DNA from: Deinococcus sp.
GTDB lineage: Bacteria; Deinococcota; Deinococci; Deinococcales; Deinococcaceae
Reading direction: 5' to 3'
Length of the DNA stretch: 64,000 nt
Assembly (NCBI GenBank): GCA_965261005.1
Contig: OZ253375.1
Location: forward strand, 448,001-512,000
In this document: positions 42,125 through 54,323 of the stretch, piece by piece
How positions within the stretch are numbered: the first letter of the stretch is position 1
Layout: every line of letters starts with the position of its first letter
Made by a program: the position numbers and the translations under genes
The notes under the pieces: generated by a model
Told to the model about the DNA's origin: nothing
The model's input: the letters and a program-made list of their open reading frames with translations, nothing else
Database searches by the model: none

Positions 42125-43735
42125 CACGGGCGGGTTGCCCGTAGGCCTCAGCAGGTTCACCAGGTCGAGGGGAAAGGCCAGCGCCTCGCCGCCCGGCAGG
42201 CTCAAGTTGACCTCGCGCGCCGCCGGGTCCCAGCTGAGCGCGGCGCCGGGCAGGCGGTGCAGGGCCGAGAGCGGTAAAAAGAGCTGCCCGTCCAAATTGA
42301 CGGCGGGGGCGGTCACCACCTCGCCCGCCACCCCGAAGGTCACGCTGCCCGGCGTGGCGGCGACCACCTCGCCGCCCACGGCGGCGACGGCCGGGGTCAG
42401 CGGCAGGTAGATCAGGCCGCCGCGCGCCACGGCCGCCTGGCCGGCCACGGCGGCCTGCTCGGCGGGGCTGAGCGCTGGGAGGGTAGGCGCTGGGGGGCTG
42501 AGCGCTGGAGGGGCTGGGGGGGCGGCCTGTCCAACCTCAGCCTGATTAGTCCCGGCTTGCTCTGTGGGCGGCTGAGCGGCCAAAGGCGGCGCCGCCGCGC
42601 TGGCGAGTTGGGTCGCGGCGGCGCGTTGGGCGAGTTCCTCCCCGGACAAGCTGCGGCCCCAGGCCGAGGGCAGCGCGCGCGCGTAGGTCCACGGCCCGGC
42701 GGCCAGCGGCGCCCCGCCCTCAAAGGCGTACACCGAGCCGTTGTTGGGCGACACGATCAGGGTGCCGTCGTCGCCCACGGCCGCCGAGGTGTCCACCCGG
42801 CCGCCGAGGGGCAGCGTCCACACCGCTTGACCGGCCAAGTTGACCGCGTGCAGCACGCCGGCCACGTCACCCACGACCAGGCTCCCGTCCGAGCGCTCCA
42901 CCGCCGGCGCCGACACCGCCGTGCCGAGGTCAAGGGTCCAGGCCAGTTCGCCCGTGGTCCTGACGGCGTACAGCTTGCCATCGAAACTGCCCACCACCAC
43001 CAGCCCCCCTCCCGTCACGATGGGCGAGGCGTTCACGAACAGCCCGGTGGGCAGCGACCAGCGCAACCCGCCCCGCGCGTCCACAGCGTAGAGGTTGTGA
43101 TCGGCCGAGCCGAAGTAGACGTTGCCGGCCTCGTCGAGGGCGGGGCTGGAGAAGACCGACGACTTCGCCTGAAAGGTCCAGCGCGGCTGGCCGTCCGGGT
43201 TGAGGGCGTACAGCTTGCCGTCCTGCGCGCCGAAGTAAATGCTGCCGTCTCGCGCGACGGCCGGGCTGGAGTACACGCCGGCCCCGCCCTGGAAGCTCCA
43301 CAGCGGCCGCCCCTCCGGCGAAAAAGCGCGCACCAAGCCGTTCGTCGAGGCCACGACCAAGCTGCCGTCCGGCCTGAGGGCGGGCGAGGCGTACACGTCG
43401 CCGTCGAGCTTGGCCTTCCAGATCAGTTGGCCGTTCCCGTCCAGGGCGTAGACGAAGTCGTCGTAAGACGCCACGAACACCCGCCCCCCCGGCCCGACCA
43501 CCGGCTGACCGCGCCCGACGTCGCCCAGCTTGAAGGTCCACTGTTCCGTGCCGTCCGCACCCACGCGGTGAACCTGGGCGTCGCTGCCCACGAAGGTCAG
43601 GCTGCCGTCCGGCCCGAGCGTGACCGGGCTGAGGGCTTGCAAGCTCTTTTGCCAGGTGACGGCGGGCGGCGCCACGGCCAGGGCAAAGGCCCCAAGCTGA
43701 AGAAGGCAAAGGGTGGCCGTCAGAGTTCTTTTCAT
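42101..43735 (-). CDS. Exported PQQ-like beta-propeller repeat protein (BamB-like) with Pro-rich linker and C-terminal domain
   Basis: Signal peptide; repeated SSPA..DG.IYFG..DG.LYA....G...W units; AAGGAG RBS. Confidence 0.88.
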   Translation of the reverse strand: MKRTLTATLCLLQLGAFALAVAPPAVTWQKSLQALSPVTLGPDGSLTFVGSDAQVHRVGADGTEQWTFKLGDVGRGQPVVGPGGRVFVASYDDFVYALDGNGQLIWKAKLDGDVYASPALRPDGSLVVASTNGLVRAFSPEGRPLWSFQGGAGVYSSPAVARDGSIYFGAQDGKLYALNPDGQPRWTFQAKSSVFSSPALDEAGNVYFGSADHNLYAVDARGGLRWSLPTGLFVNASPIVTGGGLVVVGSFDGKLYAVRTTGELAWTLDLGTAVSAPAVERSDGSLVVGDVAGVLHAVNLAGQAVWTLPLGGRVDTSAAVGDDGTLIVSPNNGSVYAFEGGAPLAAGPWTYARALPSAWGRSLSGEELAQRAAATQLASAAAPPLAAQPPTEQAGTNQAEVGQAAPPAPPALSPPAPTLPALSPAEQAAVAGQAAVARGGLIYLPLTPAVAAVGGEVVAATPGSVTFGVAGEVVTAPAVNLDGQLFLPLSALHRLPGAALSWDPAAREVNLSLPGGEALAFPLDLVNLLRPTGNPPVSGLGLGQ

Positions 43736-43832
43736 TTCGTTTACTTCTCCTTTATGAAGCCTTGACTCAGCGTGGGGTCTTTGTTGGTCGAGATAGACGC
43801 TAGTGCGCCGACTTCTTACAATGCTGAGCGAT

Positions 43833-44354
43833 ATGAACAAAACTCTCATTGTTTGCGCCGCCCTTTCGCTGGCCTCACTCGCCGCCGCCCAAGGCACGAC
43901 GGACACCAGCACGGTGACCACCACGACCAGCCAACTTGCGCCGGCGCCCCTGATTCAGCCCGGCCTGACGTCCGACCAGTATTACCAGCGCGCCCAGGAG
44001 TTGGCGGTGCAGGCCGAGATCGCTTATCCGCAGGCCTTTGTGGACCGCACCCTGTGGAAGCAGTCGGTGGCCAACGCCACGGCGGCGTCTCAGGGGGAAG
44101 CTGGCAACCGCGATTACAAGTCCTACCAAGCGCAGCTCTACACCAAGACCCAATGGTGGATCAACGCCTACCAAGCTTGGTCGCAACTCGGCAATCTGAC
44201 CGACGCCGAAAAGGACCTGGCCTCGCTGTCCGCCGCCAAGCTGGCCTACCTCGCGCTTCAAGGTGGCGACCGGGAAACGGCGCGCACCTACGTCACCCAG
44301 GGCATGCAGTGGAAGGACACCCAGTCGCTCGAAGACATCATGAAGCGGCTGTAA
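43833..44354 (+). CDS. Exported helical (TPR-like) hypothetical protein
   Basis: Signal peptide MNKTLIVCAALSLASLAAAQ; Ala/Tyr/Gln helical pattern. Confidence 0.75.
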   Translation: MNKTLIVCAALSLASLAAAQGTTDTSTVTTTTSQLAPAPLIQPGLTSDQYYQRAQELAVQAEIAYPQAFVDRTLWKQSVANATAASQGEAGNRDYKSYQAQLYTKTQWWINAYQAWSQLGNLTDAEKDLASLSAAKLAYLALQGGDRETARTYVTQGMQWKDTQSLEDIMKRL

Positions 44355-44373
44355 GCGCGAGGGGGAGAAGTGG

Positions 44374-44404
44374 GAGGCTGGCCGGAGGGCTGGCCTCTTT
44401 TTTT
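44374..44404 (+). terminator. Terminator hairpin between convergent genes
   Basis: GAGGCTGGCC-ggag-GGCTGGCCTC then a T run. Confidence 0.6.
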
Positions 44405-47135
44405 ACTCCATTCTCAAGGCGCGGCTGCCGGCCACGCTCTTGCTGACCAGGATGCGCGCGGGCAGGCGCTCGGAGAGGCTCTCGACGTGGGTGATGACGC
44501 CCACCATGCGCCCCTGGGTGCGGACCTTTTCCAGGGCGCCCGCGACCGCCTCCAACGCCTGCGGGTCCAGCGTGCCAAAGCCCTCGTCGAGAAACAGCGC
44601 GCCCAGAATGCGGTTGCCGGCCAGGTAGTCGCTCAGCGCGATGGCGAGGGACAGGCTCGCCAAAAAGGTCTCGCCGCCCGACAAGGTCCGCACGCCGCGC
44701 ACCTCGCCGGCGTTCCAGAGGTCCTGCACGCTGTATTCCCCGGCCTCCAGCAGCAGGCGGTAGCGGCCGTCGCTGATCTCGAACAGCAGCTCGCCCGCCC
44801 GCCCCAGCAGGGACGCCTCCACCTCGGCCAAGAGGAACTGCTGAAACTCGTTGGCCCGCAGGGCCTGGGTCAAGGCCGACCAGGTGTCGAGGTCGTGCGA
44901 CGCGCGCAGGGCCAGCGCCTCCAAGTCGCGCTTGCGGGCCAGCTGTTCCGCCACCTGGCTGACCCGTTGCGCCAATTCGCCCGCGCGGCGCCGCGCGGCG
45001 TTCAGGGCCGTCTCGCACGCGGTGAGGTCGCGCTGGGCCGTTTCCAGAACCTCGGGGTCATGCGTCCGGCCCGCCAGCTCGCCCTCCAACTCGCCGGCCT
45101 CGCGGCGGCGGCCCTCGTGCGCGGCCATCAGGGTGCGGTGCGCCTCCTCGAAGCGGGCGATGTCACTTTCCGGTAAAGCGGCCTCGCGCGCCCCGGCTTC
45201 GGAAAGGTTCAGGACGGTCAGGGCGGCGTCCGCGCGCTCGGTGGCCGCGCTCAGCTCGGCCCCACGCTCGCCCAGGGCGCGCTCTGCCCCTTGCAGCGCC
45301 GCCCGCGCCGCCGCAAGGGCGCTTTGGGCGGCGGACTCCGCACGGCGGGCCAAGTCCAGTCGCTCGCGCCGCACCTTCACATCGCCCAAAACGGCCGAGC
45401 GCGCCCGCACGGGGTCGGCCTCTCCGACCGCGCGCAGCTGGGCCGCCAGGCCGGCGAGCAGGCGGCGGGCCGTGTCCCGCGCGTCGCCGCTCAGCTGTTC
45501 GCGCTCACCGGCGAGAACGGCCAGCCGCGCTTCCAGGGCCTCCTCGCGCCGGGCCAGGTCCGAGCGGTCGCGCGCGTCGGCGGCCTCGGCGGCCTTGATA
45601 TCGCCGCGCACCTCCGAAAAGCACTCTTGCAAGGCGCCCAGCGCGTCTTCCAGGGTGCGCGCCCGGCGCTCCAGCGCGCCCAGGTCGGGGGCCTCTCCCG
45701 TGGGCAGCGCGCGCACGGTCTGCTCGCACAGCGGGCACGTTCCCCCCAAGTGAAGGTGGGAACGCAGGGCGGCGGCCCCGGCCCGCTCACGGGCGAGGCG
45801 CAGCTCCTCTTGCGCCGCGTCACGCTCCGCGCGCTTGGCCTTGCCCTTGACCGTCAGGTCCGCGAGCTGTCCGCGCCAAGCGGCCAGATTCTCCGCCCCC
45901 AGCGCCACGCGCAGCCGCAGCGCCTCCAACTCGCGCCCCTCAAGGGTGCAGGCCTGTTGCTCGGCGCCGAGGGTCTGCTCGCGCGCCAACTGGTCGCGGG
46001 CGGCCAGATAGGCGTCCTCATCCCACGGCAGGGCGCCCCCGCTTGGCAGGTCCAGGGCGCCGCCGGAGCGCCGCAACACCTTGATCCACCCCTCGGCCTC
46101 GCGCAGCTGCTCGGCGCGCGCCTCCATGGCGGGCACCTCGGCCGCCGCCGTTTCGGCGCGCTCACGCCCGCCTGCGGCCGTTCGCGCGGCCTCCTCCGCC
46201 CGCTCCGATCCTTCGCGGGCCTCCCCGCCCGCCCGCCCGGCGCGCTCGGCCTCCACCCCGGCGCGGTCGCGGGCCTCCAGCAAGGGCAGGACGCCCGCCA
46301 CCCGCCGCGCCCGCCCGGCACGCTCCAAGTCGGCCTGGGCGCCGGGGCGCCGCGCCTCCAACTCGGAGAATGCCCGACGCGCCCGTTCCCAGCGGCCGTA
46401 CAGCTCGGCCAGCGCGTTCAGCTCGGCCAGGTACACGCTCAGGCGCTCGCGCTCGCCCTCCAGCCGCCCCGCGTCCCGCTCGGCTTGCCCAGCCTCAGCT
46501 CGCCACCCGGCCAGCTTCTCGGGCGTCACCTCCGCGTACTCGCCGTCCAGGAGCGCCTGGGTCGCGCGCAACTCGTGGGTCAAAAAGGTCTTTTTTTCGC
46601 TGGCGCGCTCGAACATGCGCTTGTAGTGGTCGAGTTCTAGCAGGGCGCCCAGCAATTCCTGGCGTTCCTTGCCGGTGCCGCGCAGAAAGCGGTCGAACTG
46701 GCCCTGCGGCAAGACCACCGCCCGCGTGAAGGACTCGAAGCTGAGGCCCACCGCCGCCTCGATGGCGCCCTGGGTGTGCGCCTTTTTGGTCTCGGTCAGG
46801 CCCACGAAGCGCTCCCCCTGCCACTTCTCGAAGCGCACCTCGTTGTCACTCTGCTTGCGCCCCTTGGCGCGCGCCACCCGGTAGCGCTCGCCGCCCGACT
46901 CGAACTCCAAGCTGACCGACAGGGCGCGCTCCCCCTGCGAAATCAGGGCCTCGTGGCCCACCTTGCCCAGGCGCGGCGTTTGGCCGTAGAGGGCGTACAT
47001 CACCGCGTCGAGCAGGCTCGACTTGCCGCTGCCGGTCGGCCCCTGGATGGCGTACAGCTCCAGCGCCCCGAAGTCGAGTTCGGTGTGCTGCCGAAAGCAG
47101 GTGAAGCCCTGTACGGCCAGCTTGAGGGGCCTCAT
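44403..47135 (-). CDS. sbcC: SbcC (Rad50-like) ATPase
   Basis: GPTGSGKSS, LPQGQF, CPLC zinc hook, LSGGETF, LFLDEGFGTLD. Confidence 0.95.
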   Translation of the reverse strand: MRPLKLAVQGFTCFRQHTELDFGALELYAIQGPTGSGKSSLLDAVMYALYGQTPRLGKVGHEALISQGERALSVSLEFESGGERYRVARAKGRKQSDNEVRFEKWQGERFVGLTETKKAHTQGAIEAAVGLSFESFTRAVVLPQGQFDRFLRGTGKERQELLGALLELDHYKRMFERASEKKTFLTHELRATQALLDGEYAEVTPEKLAGWRAEAGQAERDAGRLEGERERLSVYLAELNALAELYGRWERARRAFSELEARRPGAQADLERAGRARRVAGVLPLLEARDRAGVEAERAGRAGGEAREGSERAEEAARTAAGGRERAETAAAEVPAMEARAEQLREAEGWIKVLRRSGGALDLPSGGALPWDEDAYLAARDQLAREQTLGAEQQACTLEGRELEALRLRVALGAENLAAWRGQLADLTVKGKAKRAERDAAQEELRLARERAGAAALRSHLHLGGTCPLCEQTVRALPTGEAPDLGALERRARTLEDALGALQECFSEVRGDIKAAEAADARDRSDLARREEALEARLAVLAGEREQLSGDARDTARRLLAGLAAQLRAVGEADPVRARSAVLGDVKVRRERLDLARRAESAAQSALAAARAALQGAERALGERGAELSAATERADAALTVLNLSEAGAREAALPESDIARFEEAHRTLMAAHEGRRREAGELEGELAGRTHDPEVLETAQRDLTACETALNAARRRAGELAQRVSQVAEQLARKRDLEALALRASHDLDTWSALTQALRANEFQQFLLAEVEASLLGRAGELLFEISDGRYRLLLEAGEYSVQDLWNAGEVRGVRTLSGGETFLASLSLAIALSDYLAGNRILGALFLDEGFGTLDPQALEAVAGALEKVRTQGRMVGVITHVESLSERLPARILVSKSVAGSRALRME

Positions 47136-48328
47136 ACCCCAACTTCCTGGGCCTGCTCTTCGCGCGCGAGGCGGTCGGCCTCCTCAAAGGCGCTCCGCAG
47201 GGCCGGCGGCAAGCCGTCCAGACCGCGCTTTTCCAGGTAGTAGCGCTCGAACAGCTCCAGCGGCGACAGCCCCTCGCGCCGCACCTCAGGCAGCACCTGC
47301 GCCTCCCCGGTCGCCTCGGTCTCGATGGCGAGCGTGTTCGGCAAGGCGCGCAGAATGCGGTCCTTGAGGCCCGGCATGCTCGCGCCGCCCGGCACCTCCA
47401 CCACGACCTTCAGCAGCCCGGCGAAGTCCCGGTGCTTGTCCAACCTGCGCTCCAGGTTCTCCAAGTCGGCGCGCACGACTTTTAAAGGCTGACCTGCCGA
47501 AAGCGGCAAAAAATGCACCCGCGCGGGCCGGCCCGGCTCCACCTCGACCAGGTTGACGCCCTTACGCTCGCCCGCCTCGCCGAAGTCGAGCTGGATCAGG
47601 CTGCCGGGATAGTACGCGGGCGGCGCCTCGGAGGGCTGCTGCGGCTTGTGAATGTGGCCCAGCGCCACGTACTGCGCCGCGCTCGGAAGCTGCTGGCCCG
47701 AGATGGTGTAGGCGTTGCTGAGGTCGAAGGCGAAGCTGCGCTCGGAGCCGGAAGGGGCGCTGCCGTCGAGGGTGGTGTGCAGCATCAGGGTGTTGACGGC
47801 GCCCGCGCGAAAGCCGCGCTCCAATTGCCGCAGGAAAAAGCCCATCCCATCGCGAAACTTTTGGCGCCACTGGCTCACCTCGCCGCCCAGCACGTCGGCA
47901 TACTTGACCAGTCTGCGCTCGGACAGAAAGGGCAAGGCCGCCACGACCAGCTCAGTGCCGTCCCGGGCGGTCACGCTCCGCACGGCGTCCAGGGGGTTCT
48001 GCGGCATGCGCGCCACCAACTGTACGCCCACCCAGCCCAGCAGACCGGCCAGGCCGGCCAGGCGGCTGGCGCTGTCGTGGTTGCCGGCGATCACCACGCT
48101 GGGCACCCCCAGCTCGCGCAGGCGCAGGAGAAACTCGTAGAGGGCCGCCTCGGCGTCGGCGCTGGGGTTGACCGAGTCGAACAGGTCGCCCGCCACCAGC
48201 ACCGCGTCCGCCTTTTCGCTGCCCGCCAAGTCCGCGACCTCCGTCAAAGCGGCGCGAATTTCGGGCGTGCGGTCAAAGCCCCGCAGGGTACGCCCGGCGT
48301 GAAAGTCGGCGGTGTGTAAAAGACGCAT
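47132..48328 (-). CDS. sbcD: SbcD (Mre11-like) nuclease
   Basis: LHTADFHAG, AGDLFD, IAGNHD, YVALGHIH; CATAAT -10 lies 6 nt before the ATG. Confidence 0.95.
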   Translation of the reverse strand: MRLLHTADFHAGRTLRGFDRTPEIRAALTEVADLAGSEKADAVLVAGDLFDSVNPSADAEAALYEFLLRLRELGVPSVVIAGNHDSASRLAGLAGLLGWVGVQLVARMPQNPLDAVRSVTARDGTELVVAALPFLSERRLVKYADVLGGEVSQWRQKFRDGMGFFLRQLERGFRAGAVNTLMLHTTLDGSAPSGSERSFAFDLSNAYTISGQQLPSAAQYVALGHIHKPQQPSEAPPAYYPGSLIQLDFGEAGERKGVNLVEVEPGRPARVHFLPLSAGQPLKVVRADLENLERRLDKHRDFAGLLKVVVEVPGGASMPGLKDRILRALPNTLAIETEATGEAQVLPEVRREGLSPLELFERYYLEKRGLDGLPPALRSAFEEADRLAREEQAQEVGV

Positions 48329-48335
48329 GCGGGCA

Positions 48336-48352
48336 TTATGCCGGAAACAGAA
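48336..48352 (-). promoter_or_regulatory. RDRM-like (DdrO operator-like) box overlapping the sbcD -10
   Basis: TTATGCCGGAAACAGAA on the + strand, 17 bp; overlaps CATAAT of the sbcD promoter. Confidence 0.7.
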
Positions 48353-48397
48353 GGACGCGAAGAACGCCAAAAGATGTTTTCCCCCTTGAAAACGAGA

Positions 48398-48413
48398 TTT
48401 AGGTGCGCCTAAA
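48398..48413 (+). promoter_or_regulatory. DtxR/MntR-type operator overlapping the regulator's own promoter
   Basis: TTTAGG-tgcg-CCTAAA palindrome between TTGAAA (-35) and TAAACT (-10), ATG 6 nt downstream. Confidence 0.75.
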
Positions 48414-48421
48414 CTAGCGGG

Positions 48422-49120
48422 ATGACGGCCCTCCACAGCGACCGCGCCCTCCTGAGTGCCCAGGCCGAGGACTACCTCAAGGCGCTCTACAGCTTGGGCC
48501 AGCCCGGCCCGGTGAGCACCCAAAGCCTGGCCGACACCCTGAAAGTCTCCCCTGCCAGCGTCAGCGGCATGCTGCGCAAATTGGCCGAGCAGGGTTTGGT
48601 CAACCACAAACCGTACCTGGGCGCCGCCCTGACCGAGCGCGGCGAAAAGGTGGCGCTGGAGGTGCTGCGCCACCACCGCCTGCTGGAGCTGTACCTGACC
48701 AGGGCGCTGGGCTACGGCTGGGACGAGGTCCACGCCGAGGCCGACAAGCTGGAACACGTGATCTCCGAGGCGCTGGAGGCGCGCATCGCGCGGGCGCTGG
48801 GCGACCCCCACTACGACCCGCACGGCCACCCCATTCCCCGCCCCGACGGCAGCCTGCCCGAGCTGGGCGGCGTTCAGCTGCCCGACTCCGCCCCGAACCG
48901 GGCGCTGACGCTGCTGCGCGTTCAGGGCGAGGACGCCGACTTTTTGCGCTACCTGACCGAGCAGGGCTTGCAGCCGGGGGCGACCTTACAAGTGGTGGAC
49001 ATAGACACGCACGGCGGCACGCTGACCCTCAAGGTCGGCGACGCGACCCGGGTGCTGGGCGTGGAGGCGGCGCGGCGCTTGTGGGTCGTCCCGCTTGGGG
49101 AGGCGCCTCATGGCCGGTAG
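48422..49120 (+). CDS. mntR: DtxR/MntR family metal-dependent transcriptional regulator
   Basis: [36 protein letters not shown], FeoA-like C-terminus; upstream of mntH. Confidence 0.88.
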   Translation: MTALHSDRALLSAQAEDYLKALYSLGQPGPVSTQSLADTLKVSPASVSGMLRKLAEQGLVNHKPYLGAALTERGEKVALEVLRHHRLLELYLTRALGYGWDEVHAEADKLEHVISEALEARIARALGDPHYDPHGHPIPRPDGSLPELGGVQLPDSAPNRALTLLRVQGEDADFLRYLTEQGLQPGATLQVVDIDTHGGTLTLKVGDATRVLGVEAARRLWVVPLGEAPHGR

Positions 49121-50432
49121 GGACGGCTGGCGGCAAGACAACCCGCGCGCCTCCTTGGAGGACGTCAAGCGCATTCCGGTTCCCTATCACCTGCCGCCGT
49201 GGCGCCGCTTCCTGGCCTTTTTGGGGCCGGGCGCCTTGGTGGCGGTCGGCTACATGGACCCCGGCAACTGGGCCACCTCCATCGCGGGCGGCAGCGCCTA
49301 CGGCTACACCCTGCTGAGCATGGTGCTGATCTCCAGCTTGATGGCGATCTTCTTGCAGGCCCTGACCGCCCGCCTGGGCATCGCCACCGGGCGCGACCTC
49401 GCGCAGGCCTGCCGCGACAGTTTCAGCAAGCCGGCCTCCATCTTTTTGTGGCTGTCGGCCGAGATCGCCATTATCGCCACCGACCTCGCCGAGGTGATCG
49501 GCACGGCCATCGCGCTCAATCTGCTGTTCGGCCTGCCCCTGATCCTGGGCGTGATTCTGACCGCAGCGGACGTGCTGCTGATCCTGCTGCTCCAGAACCG
49601 GGGCTTTCGCTACGTCGAGGCGCTGGTCATCACCCTGATCGCCACCATCGCGGTCGCCTTTTTGTTCGAGCTGATCTTTTCCAAGCCGGAGTGGGCGCCG
49701 CTGCTGGCGGGCTTCGTGCCGTCCCGGCAGATTCTCGATCCCGGCGTGCTGTACGTGGGCATCGGCATTCTGGGCGCCACCGTCATGCCGCACAACCTGT
49801 ACCTGCACTCGGCCATCGTGAACACCAGGGGCTACAACCCCACCCCCGAGGGCAAGCGCGAGGCCATCAAGTTCTCCACTTGGGACTCCAGCATCGCCCT
49901 CACCTTCGCCTTTTTCATCAACGCCTCCATCCTGATTCTGGCGGCGGCGGCCTTTCACGCCGCCGGGCGCACCAACGTCGCCGAGATTCAGGACGCCTAC
50001 AAGCTGCTCACCCCGCTACTCGGCGCGGGCGCGGCCAGCGTCTTGTTCGCGGTGGCGCTGCTGGCCTCCGGCCAAAACAGCACCCTGACCGGCACCCTGA
50101 CGGGGCAGATCGTGATGGAGGGCTTCGTCAACATCCGCATCAAGCCGTGGCTGCGGCGCTTAATTACGCGCCTCTTGGCCATCATCCCCACCGTCATCGT
50201 GGTCCTGATCTCCGGCGAGGGCGGCACCGGCGAACTCTTGATTCTGTCGCAGGTGATCCTCTCGCTGCAACTCTCCTTCGCCGTCGTCCCGCTGATGATG
50301 TTCAGCGGGGACAAGAGAAAAATGGGCGAGTTCGTGATCGCGCCGTGGGCCAAGTGGCTCGGCTGGTTCATCACCGCCGTCATCATTGGCCTGAACGGCT
50401 TTTTGCTGGTGCAGACGTTTGCGGGGAGATAG
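49110..50432 (+). CDS. mntH: Nramp family Mn2+ transporter
   Basis: [30 protein letters not shown]. Confidence 0.95.
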   Translation: MAGRDGWRQDNPRASLEDVKRIPVPYHLPPWRRFLAFLGPGALVAVGYMDPGNWATSIAGGSAYGYTLLSMVLISSLMAIFLQALTARLGIATGRDLAQACRDSFSKPASIFLWLSAEIAIIATDLAEVIGTAIALNLLFGLPLILGVILTAADVLLILLLQNRGFRYVEALVITLIATIAVAFLFELIFSKPEWAPLLAGFVPSRQILDPGVLYVGIGILGATVMPHNLYLHSAIVNTRGYNPTPEGKREAIKFSTWDSSIALTFAFFINASILILAAAAFHAAGRTNVAEIQDAYKLLTPLLGAGAASVLFAVALLASGQNSTLTGTLTGQIVMEGFVNIRIKPWLRRLITRLLAIIPTVIVVLISGEGGTGELLILSQVILSLQLSFAVVPLMMFSGDKRKMGEFVIAPWAKWLGWFITAVIIGLNGFLLVQTFAGR

Positions 50433-50452
50433 GTTGAGTTCGCTTGCGGGCA

Positions 50453-50916
50453 GCCCCCACCCCCCCGGCCCCCCTACCCCCAAAGGGGGCAGGGGGGAGT
50501 TCCGCTGCGCTCGGCACGTCCGACGGCTGGATCGCCCAACCTCCCTAATCGCAGCATCCGTTATCGGGTCACTGCCGCCCGCACAAAAACTTCTTGGTGC
50601 TGTGACAATGAGCCGGTGACGGGGAAATGGGGGCGGCGGAACCCCCCACCCCCGGCCCCTCCCCCACAAGGGGGGAGGGGAGCAGAGATGATGGTGCTGC
50701 TGCTGCGGTGGGTCTTTGATCTTTAATATCCGGCCACCAGCGCCCAAAACGTGCTCCACCAGCCGTGGAGAGGGCATGGAAAGCGGCACAGTATTTCCCT
50801 CGCGCAGACCATACAGCACGACACTGGCTTACTCGTGCGACCCAACGTGCCATGCCGAGCGCAGTGTCACTCCCCCCTGCCCCCTTTGGGGGTAGGGGGG
50901 CTGGGGGGGTGGGGGC
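50453..50916. repeat. REP/REPIN- or MITE-like element bounded by 64-bp inverted repeats with an internal related palindrome
   Basis: 50453-50516 and the reverse complement of 50853-50916 match at 60 of 64 positions; related unit at 50643-50682. Confidence 0.8.
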
Positions 50917-50948
50917 CACCCGGAAGCTCAACTCAAATCAGCTCGACC

Positions 50949-51416
50949 TCAAACGGGCGCCGGATAAAACGCCAACTCCTCGGCCGTGGGCCGCTGAAAC
51001 ACTCCGAGCATCCGGTCGAGTTCATCGGCGCTGATGGGTACCTCACCCCAAGAAAGATTCTGGTTCCGAAGCGACAGCCTGCTCCACAGCTCGTCACGTG
51101 GCACGTCCAGAAAGCGCAGGTCCACGCGGGCGCCCACTGCCTGCGCCCGTGCGCGGTATTCGTCGCGCTCCGAACGCCCCCACAACCCGTAATCCAGGAC
51201 GACGTTCATACCCAGGGTCAGGGCGCGCGCCGCCACGCGCCACAGCAGCGCCTCCAACACTTCCCGCTTGTTTCCAAACTCGCCCGCGCCGAACAGCGGC
51301 ATCATCCACTCGTCCGGCGTCAACCTGAGCGCGTGGTGGTCCACCTCCAACTGCCGCGCCAGCGTCGTCTTGCCCGACCCCGGCAGGCCGACCATGATAA
51401 AGACGGTGGGGTTCAT
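50949..51416 (-). CDS. P-loop kinase (AAA_33 family)
   Basis: [26 protein letters not shown]. Confidence 0.85.
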   Translation of the reverse strand: MNPTVFIMVGLPGSGKTTLARQLEVDHHALRLTPDEWMMPLFGAGEFGNKREVLEALLWRVAARALTLGMNVVLDYGLWGRSERDEYRARAQAVGARVDLRFLDVPRDELWSRLSLRNQNLSWGEVPISADELDRMLGVFQRPTAEELAFYPAPV

Positions 51417-51487
51417 CCGGGCATGCTAGCAGAGAAAACCGGCCCCCGTCACGGCCCCCACCCCGTCCAGAGCGTAAAATACCCCCA

Positions 51488-53338
<1,851 letters not shown>

Positions 53339-53445
53339 AGACGGCGTAAAGGCGTTTTCCGCGTTTCTCAGCGGTGGGCCGGGAGACAATGCCGGCGGGT
53401 CCGCCAAGCCGTCTGAAGTCACGCGCACCCAGCAAAGGAGAACCC

Positions 53446-54279
53446 ATGCCTTACGTCACCGTCGGCCAGGAAAACGGCCAAAACATAGACCTCTACTTCG
53501 AGGACCACGGGAGCGGTCAGCCCGTCGTGCTGATTCACGGCTATCCCCTCAGCGGCCACTCCTGGGAAAAGCAGGAGGCCGCCCTGCTGGGGGCCGGCTA
53601 CCGCGTCATCAAGTATGACCGGCGCGGCTTCGGCGACTCCAGCCAGCCCTCGGTCGGCTACGACTACGACACCTTCGCCGCCGACCTCGACAAGCTGCTC
53701 TCAAAGCTTGACTTACAGGAGGCCGTGCTGGTGGGCTTCTCGATGGGCACCGGCGAGGTCGCGCGCTACCTGGGCAAGTACGGCTCCGACCGGGTGGAAA
53801 AGGCCGTCCTGATCGGCCCCATCCCACCCTTTCTGCTCAAGACGGACGACAACCCGGAGGGTGTGGACAGAAGCGTCTTCACCGGGATCGAGGATAGCAT
53901 CCGAAAGGACCGCTTCGCGTACCTGAGCCAGTTCTTCGGGGACTTCTACAACACCGACCAACTGCTGGGCCAGCGCGTCAGCGATGAGGACATCCGCGCG
54001 AGCTGGAACGTCGCGGCGGGGGCCTCGGCCATCGCCACCCTGGCCTGCGTCCCAACCTGGCTGGAGGACTTCCGCCCGGACGTCGCCAAGATCGATGTGC
54101 CCACCCTGATCGTACAGGGCGAGGCCGACCGCATCCTGCCCATCGGGGCGACCGGCGCGAGGTTGCCCGACCTGATTCCGGGCAGTCAGTTGATCTCGAT
54201 TCCCGACGGCCCGCACAACGTCTTGTGGACCTTTCCCGATGAGGTGAACACCGCGCTGCTGGACTTCCTGGGAAAGTAG
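53446..54279 (+). CDS. Alpha/beta hydrolase, non-heme chloroperoxidase/perhydrolase type
   Basis: LIHGYPLS, YDRRGFGDS, GFSMGTGE; AAGGAG RBS. Confidence 0.9.
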   Translation: MPYVTVGQENGQNIDLYFEDHGSGQPVVLIHGYPLSGHSWEKQEAALLGAGYRVIKYDRRGFGDSSQPSVGYDYDTFAADLDKLLSKLDLQEAVLVGFSMGTGEVARYLGKYGSDRVEKAVLIGPIPPFLLKTDDNPEGVDRSVFTGIEDSIRKDRFAYLSQFFGDFYNTDQLLGQRVSDEDIRASWNVAAGASAIATLACVPTWLEDFRPDVAKIDVPTLIVQGEADRILPIGATGARLPDLIPGSQLISIPDGPHNVLWTFPDEVNTALLDFLGK

Positions 54280-54292
54280 ATTGGCGAGCCTC

Positions 54293-54323
54293 AAGGAGCG
54301 CCGAGATGACCTCGGCGCTCCTT
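54293..54323. terminator. Strong hairpin, probable terminator
   Basis: AAGGAGCGCCGAG-atgac-CTCGGCGCTCCTT perfect 13-bp stem. Confidence 0.7.

Noticed and set aside
48340..49110. Mn-sensing yybP-ykoY riboswitch ahead of mntH
   Set aside because: No leader space; mntH overlaps mntR and the regulator appears leaderless.
50440..50930. Possible CRISPR array
   Set aside because: Repeats are inverted, few and irregularly spaced, with no cas genes in the window.
51462..51478. RDRM-like half site (AGCGTAA) upstream of uvrC
   Set aside because: The left half does not match the TT(A/C)(T/C)G pattern; too weak without PWM scoring.
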